The position numbers and the translations under genes are program-made. The notes beneath the pieces were generated by a model that was not told where the DNA came from, made no database searches, and saw nothing but the letters and a program-made list of their open reading frames with translations. Positions 19,086 to 28,461 of a stretch of DNA of 64,000 bases are shown here, piece after piece (within the stretch, counting starts at the first letter, position 1; every line of letters starts with the position of its first letter). The stretch comes from a bacterium (GTDB lineage Bacteria > UBA8248), in NCBI GenBank assembly GCA_965213685.1, contig CBDBZY010000029.1, forward strand, positions 32,001-96,000, read 5' to 3'.

Positions 19086-19358
19086 GTGGCTCCTGACCCT
19101 TCCCCGGAAGAAACGGGTCGCATACCCCCAAGGGATAAAACGCCAACAAAAAAGTCCCGGGATGAGAGAATTCGCAAAGGCGTGCGAAACGCGCACCTTG
19201 CGACGCTCGGATGGAACTTTGTAACCGCACCGCTCGTCGGCGGCGGCCTGGGCTATGGCCTGGACTGGCTTCTGGGCTCCTATCCGTGGGCGATGGTCGT
19301 TGGCCTGCTGCTGGGCTTTGTTTCCGCTTTCATCGACCTCATCAAAGGCGTGCGCTAG
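19086..19358 (+). CDS. atpZ: AtpZ/AtpI-family F0F1 accessory protein
   Basis: Two TMs with GYGLDWLLGSYPW...GLLLG; first gene before atpI/atpB. Confidence 0.8.
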   Translation: MAPDPSPEETGRIPPRDKTPTKKSRDERIRKGVRNAHLATLGWNFVTAPLVGGGLGYGLDWLLGSYPWAMVVGLLLGFVSAFIDLIKGVR

Positions 19359-19763
19359 GTGGCAAACCGGTATCCGCCGTCCATCAGCCTCAGAAGCATC
19401 GAAACCTCCGGCTGGCGGATTCTGGCGATCATGGGTGCGGCGGGGTTGATGCTGGGGTATGTTTCGGCGGCCGTTGGGCTGGCCGTTGGCGGGGGATGCG
19501 CGCTTGGAAGTTTCCGGCTGATGGACATATACTTCGCGCGCATGTTTCTTCGAGAAGGCATGAACCGCCCTGCCGCCAGATGGTGGCACCATGTTTTATA
19601 CATCCTGCGATTCGCCGCTCTCATCGGAACGGTAGCGCTTGCGATAGGCTGGCTCCGACTTTCCGTCGTGGGCGTGGTGATGGGGTTGTCTATCCCGCCA
19701 TTGGCCATATTCATTCATGGGGCACGGAGCGCCCTCCGCGCAGAAGGATCGACAAGGGCATAG
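19359..19763 (+). CDS. atpI: ATP synthase subunit I
   Basis: Four TMs with YILRF; position before atpB. Confidence 0.75.
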   Translation: MANRYPPSISLRSIETSGWRILAIMGAAGLMLGYVSAAVGLAVGGGCALGSFRLMDIYFARMFLREGMNRPAARWWHHVLYILRFAALIGTVALAIGWLRLSVVGVVMGLSIPPLAIFIHGARSALRAEGSTRA

Positions 19764-19766
19764 GGC

Positions 19767-20486
19767 ATGGAAAAATTTCACCCGTTTCTGTATTTCGACG
19801 TCTTCCCCGGACTCTCCGCCTACCCCAACATCGTGTACAGCTGGCTGGTGATGCTCTTCCTCATCGTGAGTTCCTTGCTCGTCACCAAGGCGCTCCAGAA
19901 GATACCCGTGGGCGGACAAAACGTGTTCGAGGCGATTTTCGACGCTTTTTCCGCTTTCATGGAGGGCCCCCTCGGCAAGGAGGGCAGACCCTTCTTCCCC
20001 CTCGTGTTCACGCTGGGCACCTACATTTTTCTGTGCAACGTCATCGGGATTCTGCCCGGCTTCATGGCGCCGACGAGCAACCTGAACACGAACGTGGGAT
20101 GCGCCCTCACCGTCTTTTTCGCCACGCACTACGTCGGGTTCCGGAGAAGCGGGATGGGCTACCTCAAGCACTTCACGGGGCCCATCATGTGGCTGGCGCC
20201 GCTCATGATTCCCATCGAGATCATCTCCCACCTCAGCCGCCCCCTCTCCCTCACCCTGCGCCTGTTCGGAAACATTACGGGCGAGGAGCTGGTGCTGGGC
20301 GTTCTGATGCTGCTCTGCCTGCAAATCTTTCTGCCCGTTCCCTGGGCGATGCAGATGTTCATCATTTTCGGAAGTTTCATTCAGGCTTTTGTCTTCACTC
20401 TCTTGACCATGATATACATTGCCGGTTCGCTCGAAGGGCACGACCACGACGAAGAGCATGGGCACGAGGTCGCCCACGCCCATTAA
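19767..20486 (+). CDS. atpB: ATP synthase F0 subunit a
   Basis: SRPLSLTLRLFGN, APTSNLN and IQAFVFTLL motifs. Confidence 0.97.
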   Translation: MEKFHPFLYFDVFPGLSAYPNIVYSWLVMLFLIVSSLLVTKALQKIPVGGQNVFEAIFDAFSAFMEGPLGKEGRPFFPLVFTLGTYIFLCNVIGILPGFMAPTSNLNTNVGCALTVFFATHYVGFRRSGMGYLKHFTGPIMWLAPLMIPIEIISHLSRPLSLTLRLFGNITGEELVLGVLMLLCLQIFLPVPWAMQMFIIFGSFIQAFVFTLLTMIYIAGSLEGHDHDEEHGHEVAHAH

Positions 20487-20539
20487 AACACAACCATAAC
20501 AGCCCACACCGAAATCACTTCAACAAGGAGATGTAAGGC

Positions 20540-20863
20540 ATGAAACGTTTGTTGGGAATGCTCGGACTCACCATCGCCGGCCTGGCAGCCATGGCCACCG
20601 ATGCGCTGGCCGCCGCCGCCGGGGACGCCGGAAGCGGCGAGGTTCTGAAATGGAGGATGATCTCCGCGTCATTCGCTCTGGCCATCGCCGCAGCCGCCGG
20701 CGCTTTTGCCCAGAGCAGAAGCATTGCGAGTGCACTGGACGGCACGGCGCGCAATCCGGGCGCGGCCGGAGACATTCGCGTGTCGATGATCATCGGTCTC
20801 GCCCTGATCGAGTCCCTCGTCATTTACACGTTCGTTATCTGCCTCATCATCATCCTTGGCTAG
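20540..20863 (+). CDS. atpE: ATP synthase F0 subunit c with N-terminal hydrophobic extension
   Basis: ARNP loop and GLALIESLVIY. Confidence 0.95.
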   Translation: MKRLLGMLGLTIAGLAAMATDALAAAAGDAGSGEVLKWRMISASFALAIAAAAGAFAQSRSIASALDGTARNPGAAGDIRVSMIIGLALIESLVIYTFVICLIIILG

Positions 20864-20902
20864 ATAAAAGCGCATCTCCCGTCCCGCGCGCGCGATGCGA
20901 GA

Positions 20903-20930
20903 GGGGGGGAGCCGGCCGGCTCCCCCTTTT
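20903..20930 (+). terminator. Intrinsic terminator after atpE
   Basis: GGGGGAGCCGG/CCGGCTCCCCC stem followed by TTTT. Confidence 0.7.
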
Positions 20931-21095
20931 CGCGCGGCGGGATTTTCGCTCCCCGAACGCGCGCCCTGGGCTTGGTGCGCCATGTCGCGATGCGTTCGCA
21001 ACGTCCGCTTGCTCTCCCCGCCAAAACCCATAAAATCTAACCGCGCACGAGACGCCGCGCTGTCTTACCCGTTTTCCAGCGAGCCGAGAGCCCAC

Positions 21096-21737
21096 ATGTG
21101 GGAGAACACGAAAGTCAGGATTCCCGAGGCGACCGTCAACCGATTGTCCACTTACGCCCGAATCCTGGACCAGGCCAAGGACGGGGGGACGGAGCTGATC
21201 GCGTCCGCCGACCTGGCGCGGCAATGCGGATTCAAGCCCGCCCAAATCAGAAAAGACCTCGCCTATTTCGGCGAATTCGGCGTTCGCGGCCAGGGCTACT
21301 ACGTCAAGGAGCTGCGGTACACCCTCAAGAAAATCCTGGGGGTAACCCAGACGTGGAAAGTCGTGCTCGTCGGAGCGGGGAATCTCGGCTCCGCGCTGCT
21401 GGCGTATAAAGGATTCCTGGCCCACGGCTTTGAAATCGACGCCGTCGTCGACAAATTTCCCGAAAAAATACCCGCCCACCGAACCGGCTCCCTGCCGGTG
21501 CGTCCGATGTCGGCTCTGCACCAAATCGTCCAGGAAAAAGGCATCAAGATCGGCATCGTCGCCGTGCCGAGCGCAAGTGCGCAAAACGTGGGAACGTCGC
21601 TCGTGAACGCGGGCATCACGGGCATACTGAATTTCGCCCCCACCCAGATTCAGACGCCGCGTCATGTAAAGGTAAAAAATGTGGACCTGGGCAGCGAACT
21701 CGAACACCTCTCGTTTTATCTCTCGCAAAACGCCTGA
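21096..21737 (+). CDS. rex: Redox-sensing transcriptional repressor Rex
   Basis: IPEATVNRLSTY, QIRKDLAYFGEFGVRGQGY, VGAGNLGSAL and GILNFAP motifs. Confidence 0.96.
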   Translation: MWENTKVRIPEATVNRLSTYARILDQAKDGGTELIASADLARQCGFKPAQIRKDLAYFGEFGVRGQGYYVKELRYTLKKILGVTQTWKVVLVGAGNLGSALLAYKGFLAHGFEIDAVVDKFPEKIPAHRTGSLPVRPMSALHQIVQEKGIKIGIVAVPSASAQNVGTSLVNAGITGILNFAPTQIQTPRHVKVKNVDLGSELEHLSFYLSQNA

Positions 21738-21753
21738 GACGCGCAGCGGCTCC

Positions 21754-22515
21754 ATGGGCGGACCTGGCGTCTTGAACCCGCGAACCCCCTGCATCCTGGC
21801 GCTGGACACCTCGACGCCCAGAGGAAAGTGCGCGGTGCTCTCTTTCGCCGGAGAGGCGGGCGAGGCGTCCGCACCGGAGGATATCCGCATCTCCCGAACG
21901 CTTCTCCCCCAGGTGGAGGAACTGCTGGATGCGAACAACATCCCCGCCAACATGATCCGGGCCGTCGGGGTGAGCGTCGGCCCCGGGACGTTCACGGGGC
22001 TTCGGGTGGGACTCTCGTTCGCCAAAGGGCTCGCGCTGGGGCTGGGGTGTCCGCTGTATGGTTTTTCCTCCCTGGAAACCATGGCGATGGACGCACTGCT
22101 CCGCAGGATGCGGGCACGACGGGTGCTGCCGGACTACATCCTCCCCTATCGGGACGCCGGGCATGGCGAGTTGTTCACCGCCTTGTTTCAAGTATCGGCG
22201 AACCCGGAATCTTCCCTGTCCCATACCCTTTTGCGCGTCCGGGCGGACGCCGTCACCGAGCGGGGCGCGCTTCGCCCGCCGGCGGATGGCCATACCCTGG
22301 CGGCGGGCAGAAGGAAAGAGCGGCCCGAAACCCTCGGCACCGGGGCTTCGGGAGAAGCCGTCGCGCACCATGAGGTCGATTCCTCCGCCGTTGCGGCCGC
22401 ATGGCTCGCGCGCGCGGCGATCGAGTCCCGCACGCCCCCGCCCGGTGCCGACGTATCGCTGAACTATTGCCGCAAACCGCAGGCGCAAACAAAATGGGCG
22501 GACCCGCAGGGTTGA
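21754..22515 (+). CDS. tsaB: tRNA t6A modification protein TsaB
   Basis: ILALDTS and GPGTFTGLRVG motifs. Confidence 0.88.
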   Translation: MGGPGVLNPRTPCILALDTSTPRGKCAVLSFAGEAGEASAPEDIRISRTLLPQVEELLDANNIPANMIRAVGVSVGPGTFTGLRVGLSFAKGLALGLGCPLYGFSSLETMAMDALLRRMRARRVLPDYILPYRDAGHGELFTALFQVSANPESSLSHTLLRVRADAVTERGALRPPADGHTLAAGRRKERPETLGTGASGEAVAHHEVDSSAVAAAWLARAAIESRTPPPGADVSLNYCRKPQAQTKWADPQG

Positions 22516-22651
22516 TTCCCGGTTTCATTTCTCGTATTTTCGGGGATTATGTTCGTTGCCGGCGAAACGACCGGCCAAACGCCCTTTCTGATCATGCGAA
22601 CAGGCGGAAGCCGCACATTTTCAGACATGCCCACGCGGAGGAGATTTTTCA

Positions 22652-22849
22652 TTGGAGACAACGAAAGAAACGCCGAACGCCGCCGACGCACTCGCGCGTC
22701 TCAGAAAAAAGCACGCCGTTTTGGATGAAAAAATTCTCGCTCTGGAGGACATCCGATTCCCGTCCCCGGCGGAGCAGCAGCAGATCAAATCGCTGAAAAA
22801 AGAAAAACTCGCCGTCAAGACGCAGCTGGAAACCCTGGAGCGCCGCTAG
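22652..22849 (+). CDS. YdcH/DUF465-family small protein
   Basis: LRKKHAVLDEKI...LKKEKLAVK pattern; GGAGGAG RBS before a TTG start. Confidence 0.75.
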   Translation: METTKETPNAADALARLRKKHAVLDEKILALEDIRFPSPAEQQQIKSLKKEKLAVKTQLETLERR

Positions 22850-23275
22850 GGAGCGGGAGAGGGGTTCGTCCGAGGAAAGGTGCGGTCGCCCCGTGCGACG
22901 AGATGGCGCAATGAGAGATGAGAGACGTGGTTCGATTTTCACCCTTGACCGAAGACGAAAAACATGCGGTACTGCCCCTCGTTGCGCGTTCTGGATGCGC
23001 GGGCCGACGAGACGCCCGGCCCTCCCCCCGAGTCGTTCCCGGGGGCTTGGTTTGTTGATGGACGCGCAAATCCATTTTCATCCGTTTCATCTGGAAGACG
23101 GCCATATGCATCCGAAAAAGATGTTGTGGAACAAGGAGTCTGGCGTAAAGAGGGGGCGGTGCGCCCCCGTGCGCCGTCCCCTGATTTCCGCTTGACAGTC
23201 TGCCGGCATCGTCGGCATTTTTCGGATCGACTTCCATTGCCAGAATGAGGCGAGGCCCCGTCTGGCGGAGAGGAA

Positions 23276-25060
23276 ATGGCCGTGGCGACCAAAACGCAAA
23301 ACCCCACTCCCGAACAACCGGCAAAGCTGAGGCCGAAGAAAATCCCGGGCGCCGAGATCATCTACCGCAGCCTGGAGCGCGAAGGCGTGAAGTACGTCTT
23401 CGGCCATCCGGGCGCCGTGCTCCTCACCGTCCTGGACCTGTTTCTGGAAAGAAGCGAGATCAAGCACCTGCTCATCCGCCATGAGCAGTGCGCCGCCCAC
23501 ATGGCCGAGGGCTACGCCCGCGCCAGCGGCGAGGTCGGCGTATGCCTCACCACTTCCGGGCCAGGCGCCACGAACCTCATCACGGGCATCACGGACGCCT
23601 ACATGGACTCGATTCCCATCGTGTGCCTCACGGGGCAGGTCGCCACCTCGATGGTGGGCAACGACGCCTTCCAGGAGGCCGACATCGTCGGCATGACCCG
23701 AACCGTCACCAAGCACAGCTATCTGGTGAAAGACACCGACGACCTCGCGGAAACGATTCAGGAGGCTTTCTACATCGCGCGCACGGGCAGGCCGGGGCCG
23801 GTGCTCGTCGATCTCCCCAAGGACGTCCTGCTCGGCGAGGGGAACTACCAGATTCCGGACAAGGTGGAGCTGCGCGGCTACAAGCCCACGACCAAGGGGC
23901 ACCCCAGGCAGATTCAGCGCGTGGCCAAAGCCATCCGGGAATCCAAACAGCCCCTCCTCTACGTGGGGGGCGGCGCCATTCACGCCGAAGCGCACGCGGA
24001 GATCGTGAAACTCGCGGAGACGGCGGACATTCCGGTGACATACACCCTGCTGGGCGCGGGCGCCTTCCCGAGTGCCCATGCGCTCTCGCTGGGCATGCTC
24101 GGCATGCACGGGACGGCGTACGCCAACTACGCGACCATGGAGTGCGACCTGCTCATCGCCGTCGGCGCGCGGTTCGACGACCGCGTCACCGGAAAGGTGT
24201 CGGAATTCGCGACCCGCGCGAAAATCATCCACATCGACATCGACCCCACGGCCATCGGCAAGAACAAGGTGACGGACATCCCGGTCGTGGGCGATGCGCG
24301 CCAGGTGCTCGCCGAGGTCAACAAACTCGTCGAGCCGCAAAAGCGCGCCCTGTGGCAGAAGCGGATACAGAACCTGAAAACGGAATACCCGCTGACGTTC
24401 GACTCCTCGGAGGACGCGCCGATCAAGCCGCAGGAGGCCATCCTCGCACTGAGCGAGGAGGTGGGCGAGAAGGCCATCATCACCACCGAGGTGGGACAGC
24501 ACCAGATGTGGGCCGCCCAGTTTTACAACTTCACCTTCCCGCGCCAGTTCATCTCCTCCGGCGGCCTGGGGACGATGGGGTTCGGGTTTCCCGCCGCCAT
24601 TGGCGTGGCGCTGGCGAGGCCGGACAAGCTCGCCATCGACATCGCGGGAGACGGCAGCTTTCAGATGGTGATGCAGGAGCTCGCCACAGCCGTTCAATAC
24701 GACATCCCCGTGAAGGTCTTCTTGCTGAACAACGCCACGCTGGGCATGGTGCGCCAGTGGCAGGACTTGTTCATGGACAGGCGGTTCAGCGAGGTGAACT
24801 TCGACTCCTCGCCCGATTACGTCAAGGTCGCGGAGGCGTTCGGCGCCAGCGGGCGGCGGATTGTGGACAAACACGACCTCCGGCCCGCCATCCAGGAGAT
24901 GGTCGCCGCGCCGGGCCCCTACGTCCTGGACGTGATCGTCGACCCCGACGAACTGGTGTTCCCGATGGTGCCCGCGGGCGGCGCGACAAAGGACATGATC
25001 GTTCGGGACAGCCGCAAGAAGGTTCTTCGGGGCAAGCTCAGCGCCTTGCCTGACAACTAG
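23276..25060 (+). CDS. ilvB: Acetolactate synthase large subunit, copy 1
   Basis: RHEQ, TSGPGATN, DAFQE, RFDDRVTG and GDGS...NN..LGMVRQWQ motifs. Confidence 0.93.
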   Translation: MAVATKTQNPTPEQPAKLRPKKIPGAEIIYRSLEREGVKYVFGHPGAVLLTVLDLFLERSEIKHLLIRHEQCAAHMAEGYARASGEVGVCLTTSGPGATNLITGITDAYMDSIPIVCLTGQVATSMVGNDAFQEADIVGMTRTVTKHSYLVKDTDDLAETIQEAFYIARTGRPGPVLVDLPKDVLLGEGNYQIPDKVELRGYKPTTKGHPRQIQRVAKAIRESKQPLLYVGGGAIHAEAHAEIVKLAETADIPVTYTLLGAGAFPSAHALSLGMLGMHGTAYANYATMECDLLIAVGARFDDRVTGKVSEFATRAKIIHIDIDPTAIGKNKVTDIPVVGDARQVLAEVNKLVEPQKRALWQKRIQNLKTEYPLTFDSSEDAPIKPQEAILALSEEVGEKAIITTEVGQHQMWAAQFYNFTFPRQFISSGGLGTMGFGFPAAIGVALARPDKLAIDIAGDGSFQMVMQELATAVQYDIPVKVFLLNNATLGMVRQWQDLFMDRRFSEVNFDSSPDYVKVAEAFGASGRRIVDKHDLRPAIQEMVAAPGPYVLDVIVDPDELVFPMVPAGGATKDMIVRDSRKKVLRGKLSALPDN

Positions 25061-25072
25061 GAGGTTTCATCC

Positions 25073-26767
25073 GTGGAGCGCAACGGCTCGCAAATCCTCA
25101 TCGAAGAGTTGAAGGCGGCAGGCGTCGAGATGGCGTTCGGCATTCCGGGCGGCGCCATCATGCCTTTCTACGATGAGCTCATGAAGTCGAACTTTCCGCA
25201 CATCCTCACCCGGCACGAACAGGGAGCCGCCCACATGGCGGACGGATACGCGCGCGTGAGCGGCAAGGTGGCCGCCGTGGTCACCACCTCCGGCCCCGGG
25301 GCCACCAACCTCATCACCGGACTCGCCAACGCGCAGATGGATTCCGTGCCGCTCATCGCCATCACCGGCCAGGTGGCGACCGGCATGATCGGCACCGACG
25401 CCTTCCAGGAAGCCGACATGTATGGCTGCTCGATTCCGGTCACGAAGTTCAACTGGCTCATCAAGGACGTTCGCGAAATCCAGCGCGTCGCGCGCGAGGC
25501 GATTCGCGCGGCGACGACGGGACGACCGGGCCCCGTTCTGCTCGATTTTCCCAAGGACATCCAGATCGCCAGGACGGACTACGCGCCGCGGCCGCCCGGC
25601 GCATCCCCTCCCCCGGCGCCCGGCCAGGAGCCGAACGTCGACACGGAGGGGATCGACGCGCTGCTCGAGGCCATCGAGCGCGCCAAGCGGCCCGTCATCA
25701 TTGGCGGTGCGGGCATCATCAAGTCCGGGGCGGCGGCGGAACTCACGAAATTCGCCAAGGCCGCGGGCATCCCGGTGATCAACACGCTGCTGGGGCTGGG
25801 CGGCTTTCCCGGCACGGACGAGTTGTTCCTCGGCATGCCGGGAATGCACGGCACGGCCTATGCGAACTTCGCCCTTTGCGAGTGCGATTTGCTCATCAAC
25901 CTGGGGGCGCGCTTCGACGACCGCGTAACGGGCAGGGTATCGAGCTTCTGCCCCAAGGCGACCATCGCGCACGTCGACATCGACGCCGCCGAGATTAACA
26001 AGCGGGTGCATACCCACATTCCCATCGTCGGGAACGTGCGGGACGTGCTGGCCGCGTTGAACGCGCACCTGACGCCCGGCGACTATGCGGCCTGGCGCAG
26101 GACGTGCCTGGGCTGGAAGCGGGACTACCCCCTCCAGTATGACGCGGACGGCACCATCAAGCCCCAGTACGTGATCGACGAGATTCAGGAGATCACCGGG
26201 GGGAACGGCATCTATGCGACCGGGGTGGGCCAGCACCAGATGTGGGCGGCGCAATTCATCCGCTTCAACGAACCGAAGGCCTGGGTGACCTCCGGCGGCC
26301 TCGGGACGATGGGCTTTGGCCTTCCCGCCGCCATCGGCGCGAAATTCGCCCGCCCCCAGAAAGACGTCTGGCTCATCGACGGCGACGGCAGCTTTGCGAT
26401 GACGCTCGTCGAACTCGCCACGGCGGCGACCTACAACGTTCCCGTGAAGGTCGCCATCCTGAACAACGCCTACCTCGGCATGGTCCGCCAGTGGCAGGAG
26501 CTGTTCTTCGAGAAACGCTATTCGCACTCCCATTATCCGGAAAATCCGGACTTCGCCGCCATCGCGGAGGGTTATGGCGTCAAGGGCATCAACGTCAGCG
26601 ACGTGGGCGAGGTGCGGAGCGCCCTCCAGCGCGCGGCCGCGCATGACGGCCCCGTGGTTCTGAACTTCCTCGTCAACAAAGAGGAAAACGTCTGGCCCAT
26701 GGTTCCCGCCGGTGCGGGAAACGACGAGATGCAGCTCGCACCGCCCTCAGCGGAAGCGCGATCATGA
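25073..26767 (+). CDS. ilvB: Acetolactate synthase large subunit, copy 2
   Basis: FGIPGGAIM, RHEQ, GTDAFQE, RFDDRVTG and the GDGS ThDP motif. Confidence 0.93.
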   Translation: MERNGSQILIEELKAAGVEMAFGIPGGAIMPFYDELMKSNFPHILTRHEQGAAHMADGYARVSGKVAAVVTTSGPGATNLITGLANAQMDSVPLIAITGQVATGMIGTDAFQEADMYGCSIPVTKFNWLIKDVREIQRVAREAIRAATTGRPGPVLLDFPKDIQIARTDYAPRPPGASPPPAPGQEPNVDTEGIDALLEAIERAKRPVIIGGAGIIKSGAAAELTKFAKAAGIPVINTLLGLGGFPGTDELFLGMPGMHGTAYANFALCECDLLINLGARFDDRVTGRVSSFCPKATIAHVDIDAAEINKRVHTHIPIVGNVRDVLAALNAHLTPGDYAAWRRTCLGWKRDYPLQYDADGTIKPQYVIDEIQEITGGNGIYATGVGQHQMWAAQFIRFNEPKAWVTSGGLGTMGFGLPAAIGAKFARPQKDVWLIDGDGSFAMTLVELATAATYNVPVKVAILNNAYLGMVRQWQELFFEKRYSHSHYPENPDFAAIAEGYGVKGINVSDVGEVRSALQRAAAHDGPVVLNFLVNKEENVWPMVPAGAGNDEMQLAPPSAEARS

Positions 26768-27267
26768 GGCAGGTCTATTCCATTCTCGTGAACAACCACG
26801 CGGGCGTGCTCTCCCACGTGGCCGGCCTGTTCACGCGCCGCGGCTACAACATCGAGAGCATCGCCGCCGGACCGACGGAGAACGCCGAAATCACCCGCAT
26901 CGTCATCGTCGCCATCGGCGAGGAGAACGAGCTCGACCAAATCGCCAAGCAGCTCCGCAAGCTCTACGACGTGCGGGAGGTCGACCAGATATCCTACAAC
27001 CAGGCGGTCACGCGCGAACTCGTCCTGGCGACGATCCGGGCGCCGGTGAGCCAGAGAAGCGAAGTCATACAGCTCGCCAACGCCTTCGGCGCGCAGGTGA
27101 TCAACGTGACCGACGAGACGGTCACGCTCGAGGCGAGCGGCAACGACCACAAGGTTCGAACCCTCATCAAGGCCTTCGAGAGCTACGGCATATCGCAAAT
27201 AGCGCGCACGGGGATGATTTCGCTCCCCTACGACGGAATGCCCGAGGACTGGGAGCCCATCGCATAA
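26764..27267 (+). CDS. ilvN: Acetolactate synthase small (ACT) subunit, copy 1
   Basis: LVNNHAGVLSHVAGLFTRRGYNIES...IARTG; ATGA overlap with ilvB copy 2. Confidence 0.92.
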   Translation: MRQVYSILVNNHAGVLSHVAGLFTRRGYNIESIAAGPTENAEITRIVIVAIGEENELDQIAKQLRKLYDVREVDQISYNQAVTRELVLATIRAPVSQRSEVIQLANAFGAQVINVTDETVTLEASGNDHKVRTLIKAFESYGISQIARTGMISLPYDGMPEDWEPIA

Positions 27268-27800
27268 TGCCCGGAAGCGCGAACAAGAACGCGACGGACG
27301 AGACGCACACGATAGCGGTGCTGGTGGAGAACAAATTTGGCGTTCTCGCCAAGGTGGCGAGCCTGTTCAGCGCCCGCGGCTACAACATCGACAGCCTCTG
27401 CGTGGGCGTGACGCAAGACCCGAGCGTCTCCCGAATCACCCTCGTCACGCGCGGGGACGAAAAGATTCTCGAGCAGATCCGCAAACACCTCAGCAAGCTC
27501 ATCGACACCTTCAAGGTGATGGACATGGGGGAGACGGAGAGCGTCGAGCGGGAGATGATTCTCATCAAGGTTTCGGCGCCGAAATCCGCGCGCCCGGACA
27601 TCTTTCAAGTCATCGAGATTTTTCGCGGGCGCATCGTCGACGTGTCCTCGGACACCATCACGGTCGAGGTCACCGGCGATGAGGGGAAAATTCGCGCCAT
27701 CCTGAACCTGCTCCAGCCGTTCGGCATCAAGGAGATCGCCCGCACGGGCAAGGTCGCCCTCACCCGCGGAGCCAAAACGCTCAAGGGCGCCAAAAGCTAG
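27267..27800 (+). CDS. ilvN: Acetolactate synthase small (ACT) subunit, copy 2
   Basis: LVENKFGVLAKVASLFSARGYNIDS...EIARTGKVAL; TAATG overlap. Confidence 0.92.
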   Translation: MPGSANKNATDETHTIAVLVENKFGVLAKVASLFSARGYNIDSLCVGVTQDPSVSRITLVTRGDEKILEQIRKHLSKLIDTFKVMDMGETESVEREMILIKVSAPKSARPDIFQVIEIFRGRIVDVSSDTITVEVTGDEGKIRAILNLLQPFGIKEIARTGKVALTRGAKTLKGAKS

Positions 27801-27804
27801 CCGC

Positions 27805-28461
27805 ATGCGAACGAAGAGCCACGCCCGCAGGCCGCCCGTCGCGAGAGAGGGCTGGGGCTACGTTGCGGGCCTGTGCGCCATCGGCCTCCTCTCGATCCTC
27901 TTCGGGGGCTGGGCGTGGGCGATTGTTTTCTGGGCGATGGGCGCGGCCGTGGCCGGATTCTTCAGGGACCCCCACCGCACTCCGCCGGATGAGCCGGGCG
28001 TCGTGCTGTCCCCGGCGGACGGGCGGGTCGTGGAGGTCGCATCCACCGGGGACGGCGGCGGCGTGGTGCGGATTTTCCTCTCCCCCCTGGACGTTCACAT
28101 CAACCGCTCCCCCGTGGAGGGGAGAATTTCGAGCGTCCGTTACCGGAAAGGCCGGTTTCTGGCCGCCTATAAAGAGGACGCCTCGAGCGTCAACGAGCAA
28201 AACGCCCTGGAAATCGAAACGGACGCCGGCAAGCGCTTTGGCGTCGTCCAAATCGCCGGCGTCCTGGCCCGCCGCATCGTCTGTTGGCGGCGGGCGGGCG
28301 ACGTCCTCGGCGCGGGGGAGCGCTTCGGGCTGATTCAGTTCGGCTCGCGCACCGACCTGTATTTGCCTGGCGGGTATGATATCATCGCGCGGCGGGGACA
28401 GCGCGTGCGCGGAGGAGAAACCATCATTGGACGGAGAACAGACCGGGCGGCCGCGCAGTAG
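27805..28461 (+). CDS. psd: Phosphatidylserine decarboxylase proenzyme
   Basis: FFRDP, SPADG, DVHINRSP and the FGS cleavage motif. Confidence 0.93.
   Translation: MRTKSHARRPPVAREGWGYVAGLCAIGLLSILFGGWAWAIVFWAMGAAVAGFFRDPHRTPPDEPGVVLSPADGRVVEVASTGDGGGVVRIFLSPLDVHINRSPVEGRISSVRYRKGRFLAAYKEDASSVNEQNALEIETDAGKRFGVVQIAGVLARRIVCWRRAGDVLGAGERFGLIQFGSRTDLYLPGGYDIIARRGQRVRGGETIIGRRTDRAAAQ

Noticed and set aside
18780-21095. Rex operator near atp or rex
   Set aside because: No convincing TTGTGAA-N4-TTCACAA palindrome found by eye.
22850-23275. Possible ilv attenuator or leader peptide
   Set aside because: No short ORF with Ile/Leu/Val runs and no terminator hairpin with a U tract; no T-box motif.
26712-27800. 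362-aa ORF suggesting an extended ilvN
   Set aside because: The N-terminal half is an off-frame read of ilvN copy 1; the real start is at 27267.
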